DNA of 14,674 nucleotides from Takakia lepidozioides (Eukaryota; Plantae; Bryophyta), in contig JAKLZA010000061.1 of assembly GCA_030704615.1 (NCBI GenBank), positions 1 through 14,674 on the forward strand, written 5' to 3'. The position numbers were made by a program, and so were the translations under genes. Positions 10,601-14,674 of the stretch are shown piece by piece (positions within the stretch are counted from its first letter, which is position 1; each line of letters begins with the position of its first letter). The notes beneath the pieces are model-generated. The model did not search any database. It was not told the DNA's origin and was given only the letters and a program-made list of their open reading frames with translations.

Positions 10601-13276
10601 CAGGGACTTAGCCATTTTCGGTCTAAGTCCCTAGGGTGGCTGGCCCGGAACTGGAAATTCGGCGCCGTTTTCCAGTTCTAGGCCCTATTGCCGTCCAGGG
10701 ACTTAGCCATTTTCGGTCTAAGTCCCTAGGGTGGCTGGCCCGGAACTGGAAATTCGGCGTCGTTTTCCAGTTCCAGGCCCTATTGCCATCCAGGGACTTA
10801 GCCATTTTCGGGCTAAGTCCCTAGACTGGGTGGCCCTGAAGTGGAAATTCGGCGCCATATTCCAGTTGTAGGCCCTATTGCCGTTCAGGGACTTAGCCAT
10901 TTTCGGACCTCATTGTGTTTTTCATGAATGCAGGTACTGTAAGTTCTCGCTTTTGGAGAAAGGTCATCTGTCTTTCGAGCCACCATTCTTCCTGGCATGG
11001 AGGAACCCTGGGGCTGACTCCATGTACACTGACGATATTGTGAAGGAGTGGCATCTGGAACATTTGCGTGATTGCCCTTGGTATGTGGACCTTCCGCCCG
11101 GCTCGCTCGACCCATCCGAGTTTCAATTGAAGCTGGATGCTGAATTCCGACGAAACCGGGCTCCGCTGCCTCCGTTGGGTGCAAAAGAGGCAAAAGCGCT
11201 TGCGAACTCCAGGAAAGCGGCAGAGCTTGCTCAGGCAGGAATTCAGGAGAAATTGCATGAGAAGAGTAAAGGTCAAAGGAAAAGGACAAGGAAACAGGTG
11301 ACTGCAGTAACACCCAAAAAGAAGAAAACCATCGGGGCATCGGAGGAGGCGCAGGAGGGGACCCAAGAGAGTGACTCCGACGCCGATTTTGTTCAAGGTC
11401 CTGCGACTGCTGTTGCTCCTACCCAGTCACCGGTCGTCCGGGTTCCCAAGTCAGTTCGGAGTGGGACTGGCTCTGCCAAGAAGTTGGCATTTGAGGGCGA
11501 GCCTACACGGCGGTATTCGGCGGTGACGTTTACGCACAGGCCAAAGCTAGAACCTCCAACCATCATCCAATGCGTCAATGAGAGCTTCCTTGACGCTCTC
11601 GCTGCCAGGGCGAAGAAGGTGGCACACAACAAGTCTCTGGCGGAGCAGAAGGGGAAAGCCAAGAAGAGGGCTGCCGGTACAGAGCCTAAAGACACCCCTG
11701 GTTTTGAAGCCATGATGGAATTCTTCACGGCTGTGAGCACGAATTGCAAGAGCACTCGGGGGGGGGGGTTGAGGTGGAGAGAGCTTGCGACATGATTCTC
11801 CTCGACATTCCAGATGGGGAGCTGCTGGAGGGCCTGGATGGTGTGCCCACCTGGAACAGGTTTACTGAGGACTACTGGAAAGCCGGGTTTGGGCTGGCGG
11901 GGATGCTTCTGGATGACGGTGGATGTGTGGTTGTCCTTGCCACGAGAGGGAAGACCACAGAGAATGCGGTGGCAAGGTGGACACCGAAAAGTGTCACCCC
12001 GGTCCTCCTCAGAAAATGGTTCTGCATCAGTACGCAGGGGTTGCGAACAGAGGGCCAAAGTGTAAGTTATCAATCTATTGCATTCACTTCATATTGTGGT
12101 GTATGTTAAGTAGACCCTGGAATTGATCCCTTCTTTGTTGGATGTGCAGACATTGGTGTTTGAGGCATATTGCTTTGTGAAGAGAGGGTCTACGTTCAAA
12201 TTCCGCAACGACGGTCGTCTTGTTGATGCCGCTGTGGACCCTGTAACCTACGATGTCCTCTACAACTATGTGCCCCACTCTAGTATGCCGAAGGACACAA
12301 AGACAGGCAAACCGTGGCGGTACAGCCGGACCCGGAGCCCTGCTTTCATCCAAACCCTCATGGAGACGTGCTCGGATGTCCAAGGGCGGATTCTGGACCT
12401 CACATGCGGCACGGGTAAGCCTTCACGTGCTCAGTTTGTCCCCTGGCCCCATTGCAATTGCATGCCGCAAGCTATTAACCGCCCGCTTTGTTCCTCAGGT
12501 GCTTCAATGTGGGCAGGGACGTTGTCCGACAGGCATGTGTTCGCCTTCGAGCCAGATACTGCCCTCCACAACTCGGAACTTGCAGCGGCTGAACGTCTGC
12601 CGAAAGAGGAAGAGGCATCCTCGGAGGATGAGGAAAAATCCGAGAAGGAGCAGGGGGAGGAAGTTGGGATCGAGGCCGAGGAGCCCCCGGTTTACGAGTG
12701 AGTGGTGGCATTGTAAGTTGCCTCCAGATTTTGTGAGGCACCTCCCTCCGCTCTCTTATTTCATTGAAAACCCTTTTGGTTGTGCTGGTATTGACATTCT
12801 TCAAGTGGATTTGTTCTTACTGTAGGATGCCAAGTACTGCCGGAGGGACGTCTACACCGGAGTTCATGGGCAGGAGGAACGTGCCTTTTTTTGCCAGGGG
12901 GGATTTCATGCCTAGTCCAGAAAGGGAGTACATCCTTCCTACTTATGCTGCCCGGCTTGCTTCGGTGTCCATTAGGAGGTGTTCCGAACGTAGTCGTGTA
13001 CAGCAGATTTTAGACGAGGCAAGCCTCAAGAAAATGAAGATGAGGGAGGAGGCAGCAGCTATTAGAGCCCGTCGGGCTCGTAGATTTGTGTTGGATTCTG
13101 CTGAGGAAAGTGGGGGAGAAGACGCAGAAGATTCCCAGGAGGTGAGGTGGACAGTCCCCCAAGGAGAGGACGGGATTTTTGAGAGGCATAGTGGAACTGA
13201 TGCATCACAGAGCTCGGAGGATGAGGGGGATGAGGAAGAAGGTGGGGCAAGTTCCTCGGAGGGTGTAGGAGAGTAG
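7648..13276 (+). CDS. Nine-exon transposon accessory gene (~1375 aa): ParB/Srx-like domain plus beta-class N4C/N6A DNA methyltransferase-like domain; two apparent G-run frameshifts
   Basis: Exons 7648-8917, 9036-9225, 9329-9613, 9699-9824, 9920-10134, 10934-12061, 12150-12414, 12499-12697 and 12826-13276. All eight GT-AG introns join consecutive ORFs in the correct phase. Frameshifts occur at G runs ~7797-7801 and 11758-11768. NLS-like AKKKKKAK and PKKKK are present, and the C-terminus is acidic. The start codon is uncertain (alternative ATG 7995). Confidence 0.8.
8481..9050 (+). other. ParB/sulfiredoxin-like N-terminal domain
   Basis: LRIPLCRL...VRP...DIDKLKFSFRDG...FYV...FYVWDGNHRLLAW...VDCVV...AAMADINS|VTEN. 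The GxxRxxA box is at 8763-8786. Confidence 0.72.
10135..10933 (+). other. 799-bp intron harbouring the 95-bp array
   Basis: ACAG|GTACAT...ATGCAG|GTAC. The phase-2 join gives RLLYR|YCKFSLLEKG. Confidence 0.8.
10202..10907. repeat. Intronic tandem array: 7 x 95 bp plus an inverted partial unit at its 5' edge
   Basis: Cores lie at 10281, 10376, 10471, 10566, 10661, 10756 (GGCGTC) and 10851, exactly 95 bp apart. Units carry the hairpin AGGGACTTAGCC-attttcg-GGCTAAGTCCCT (some with a mismatch). 10202-10251 carries reverse-complemented motifs. Confidence 0.95.
11786..12557 (+). other. Beta-class amino-(N4C/N6A) DNA methyltransferase-like domain (N6_N4_Mtase type), spread over three exons
   Basis: Motif order is IV to X-I. 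It runs CDMILLDIPDG (IV), AGMLLDDGGCVVVL (VI), FEAYCFVK (VIII), then RSPAFIQTLMETCSDVQGRILDLTCGTG|ASMWAGTLSDRHVFAFEPD. The last block parallels the consensus KPxxLxxxLIxxxSxxGDxVLDPFxGSGTTxxAAxxxGRxxIGxExD. Confidence 0.75.
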
Positions 13277-13339
13277 TGCCCATTCCGGCTATGACAGTTA
13301 GAACACACTTGTATAGACGTGGCTTGCCACAAAATTTGC

Positions 13340-13345
13340 AATAAA
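13340..13345 (+). promoter_or_regulatory. Possible polyadenylation signal for the plus-strand gene
   Basis: AATAAA ~64 bp after the TAG at 13274-13276. Confidence 0.3.
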
Positions 13346-13390
13346 ATGTTGCATTTCAAGTCCACTGGTGCCACATTCCAACTTCACATG

Positions 13391-13425
13391 ACCCTATTTC
13401 CGTGCCTCCTAACCCTATTTCCGTG
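13391..13425 (+). repeat. Right subterminal 14-bp direct repeat ACCCTATTTCCGTG x2 (21-bp period)
   Basis: Copies at 13391-13404 and 13412-13425. Reverse-complement relatives lie at 432-445, 475-487 and 516-528. Confidence 0.7.
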
Positions 13426-13440
13426 GACTCACAATGGTCT

Positions 13441-13483
13441 GCTCATGTTTTTTTTTTTTCCGCTCATGCTCATGCCGCTCATG
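13441..13483 (-). repeat. Right subterminal GCTCATG repeats (4 copies)
   Basis: GCTCATG at 13441, 13462, 13468 and 13477. Confidence 0.8.
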
Positions 13484-13497
13484 AAATAGCAGCCCCC
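13477..13497 (-). repeat. Right terminal inverted repeat
   Basis: GCTCATGAAATAGCAGCCCCC; its reverse complement matches the left terminus over 15 bp exactly. Confidence 0.85.
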
Positions 13498-13505
13498 CCC
13501 TAGAC
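13498..13505 (+). repeat. Right target-site duplication (CCCTAGAC)
   Basis: Identical to 158-165. Confidence 0.8.
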
Positions 13506-14023
13506 TAATATGTCGTCATCCTGACCGCGCACGCTCAGGGCTCATCATATAAATGGTGCGTCTGCCTAGAGGTAAGTAAATAGTCAGGACTCTTTGTATT
13601 CCAAATAGAAGGAGAATTGGACCTTTGTCATTCTCCTCTGGGATTTTTGTTCTTTCATTTTTACCTGACGTTTTATGTTTTGACTCGGACAGGAAAAAGA
13701 CCGAGTGAACCATTAGGTACATTTAGATAGATTTCTCGCATTTGAGTTAAGTACAGGGCTAACCACATGGAGAATTTTGAGTGGCAGTATGGCTGCACCA
13801 TTGGCACTCCGTCGGGAGCATTCCTTTGAATACCGAGTGATCGGACTCTACCGCATCATTTCCAGCACCAAGACTGGAGACGTACCTGACCCTGAGGCCC
13901 CGGAGCCCGGACGGCCCCTATTGCTACATTTTTTCGGTTCAACACTCGTTGGTCGGGCTGTTGTCAGCCACCCTTTCTTGCGTATATTCATTTTGTTTCG
14001 GCCCTTGAGGTCCTAGTTGCAAA

Positions 14024-14100
14024 TTTGGACGTGACGTGGCGTTGATGCGTCAGCGTCACGTCCGACGTCAGCGACGAACGTGCGTCATGTCACGTCCAAA
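14024..14100. repeat. ACGT/TGACG-rich imperfect inverted repeat in the flank
   Basis: TTTGGACGTGAC (14024-14035) pairs with GTCACGTCCAAA (14089-14100). The interior has several TGACG/CGTCA/ACGT motifs. Confidence 0.6.
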
Positions 14101-14490
14101 ATGGACGTTACTGTACATAATTATGTTTTTTTTTTACTTCATTATTGATTATCTACTATGAGAACCAACGTGGCAACCGATGTGGCCTCATTACGTGGAC
14201 TTCATTATTTATCTGAAAAACTAACATGCAAAGGATTTGCTATCAACACTCTAGCATAATGAGCTATCGTGTTGTCTTGAAGACATCTACAATCTTGCCA
14301 AAAGCTCATTCACCCTCTCCTATTTCAACTACAAAATCTGATGCACAAGCATGATTTTCTCGAACCCCGCAAAATCCCAAAAGAATATCATCCCGAGCAA
14401 CCCATCTAACCAATCGTTTCACCACGGTCTCATCTTCAGCAATCATGACAAGGACAGTTCCCAATGGAAGGGCCATACTTTCCAAAAAAA

Positions 14491-14674
14491 GGTGCGACCA
14501 CCAGAAGGGGGTGATCGCACATTTTTACTTATTTTTAAATGGGTGCGACCACCAGCAGGTGGTGGTCGCAACATTTTCATTTTTTTTTAATAGGTGTGAC
14601 CACCAGCAGAGGTGGCCGCACATTTTTAATTATTTTTTAAATGGGTGCGATCACCAGCCAATGGTGGTCGCAAA
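14491..14674. repeat. 51-bp tandem array with internal hairpin, running off the window end; probably part of a different element
   Basis: Units start at 14491, 14542, 14593 and 14644. Each is TGCGACCACCA...TGGTGGTCGCA-like, followed by a T-rich linker. Confidence 0.8.

Larger units (their letters stand above)
166..13497. mobile_element. Full-length ~13.3 kb Mutator-like (MULE/MuDR superfamily) DNA transposon with two divergent genes
   Basis: A perfect 15-bp inverted repeat TGCTATTTCATGAGC lies at 172-186 and 13477-13491. The termini read GAGGTT and (reverse complement) GGGGGC. The direct repeat CCCTAGAC flanks both sides. The element encodes a MULE-type DDE transposase. The right boundary is uncertain by ~1-4 bp because of a C run. 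Confidence 0.9.

Noticed and set aside
11733-11773. 41-bp intron that would bypass the G11 frameshift
   Set aside because: It restores frame but is much shorter than the other introns and lacks a pyrimidine tract or branch point. A homopolymer indel is more plausible.
7648-13276. Bacterial restriction-modification or parABS locus, or contamination
   Set aside because: The gene has eight phase-consistent spliceosomal introns and NLS-like motifs, there is no ParA or endonuclease gene, and it lies within MULE termini.
13516-14016. Host gene fragments in the right flank
   Set aside because: Only short ORFs without recognisable motifs or a consistent splice model.

Overview
Eukaryotic DNA with GT-AG introns, probably from a non-seed land plant such as a moss (an inference, not shown by the sequence). 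Almost the whole window is one ~13.3 kb Mutator-like DNA transposon (about 166-13497), bounded by short terminal inverted repeats and an 8-9 bp target-site duplication. It carries two divergent genes. The minus-strand gene (4539->945, ~1170 aa) is a MULE DDE transposase with a GCM/WRKY-like Zn finger and a C-terminal SWIM finger. The plus-strand gene (7648->13276, 9 coding exons, ~1375 aa) fuses a ParB/Srx-like domain (DGNHRLLA) to a beta-class N4C/N6A DNA methyltransferase-like domain whose catalytic motif is altered (DIPD). Three non-coding regions hold ~40 copies of one palindrome (GAAATTCGGCGCCGAATTTC and variants): the intergenic region, the left subterminal region and the largest intron. 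Their periods (32, 53, 62-63, 74-75, 85, 95-96 bp) are all near multiples of the DNA helical repeat, and the intergenic arrays are mirrored about a 122-bp-arm hairpin between the genes. Working hypothesis: a transposon-encoded, sequence-specific self-recognition or anti-silencing system built from prokaryotic-type ParB and amino-methyltransferase parts. Both genes have 1-bp frameshifts but no premature stops, which means either recent decay or assembly indels. The right flank has an ACGT-rich hairpin and an unrelated 51-bp tandem array.
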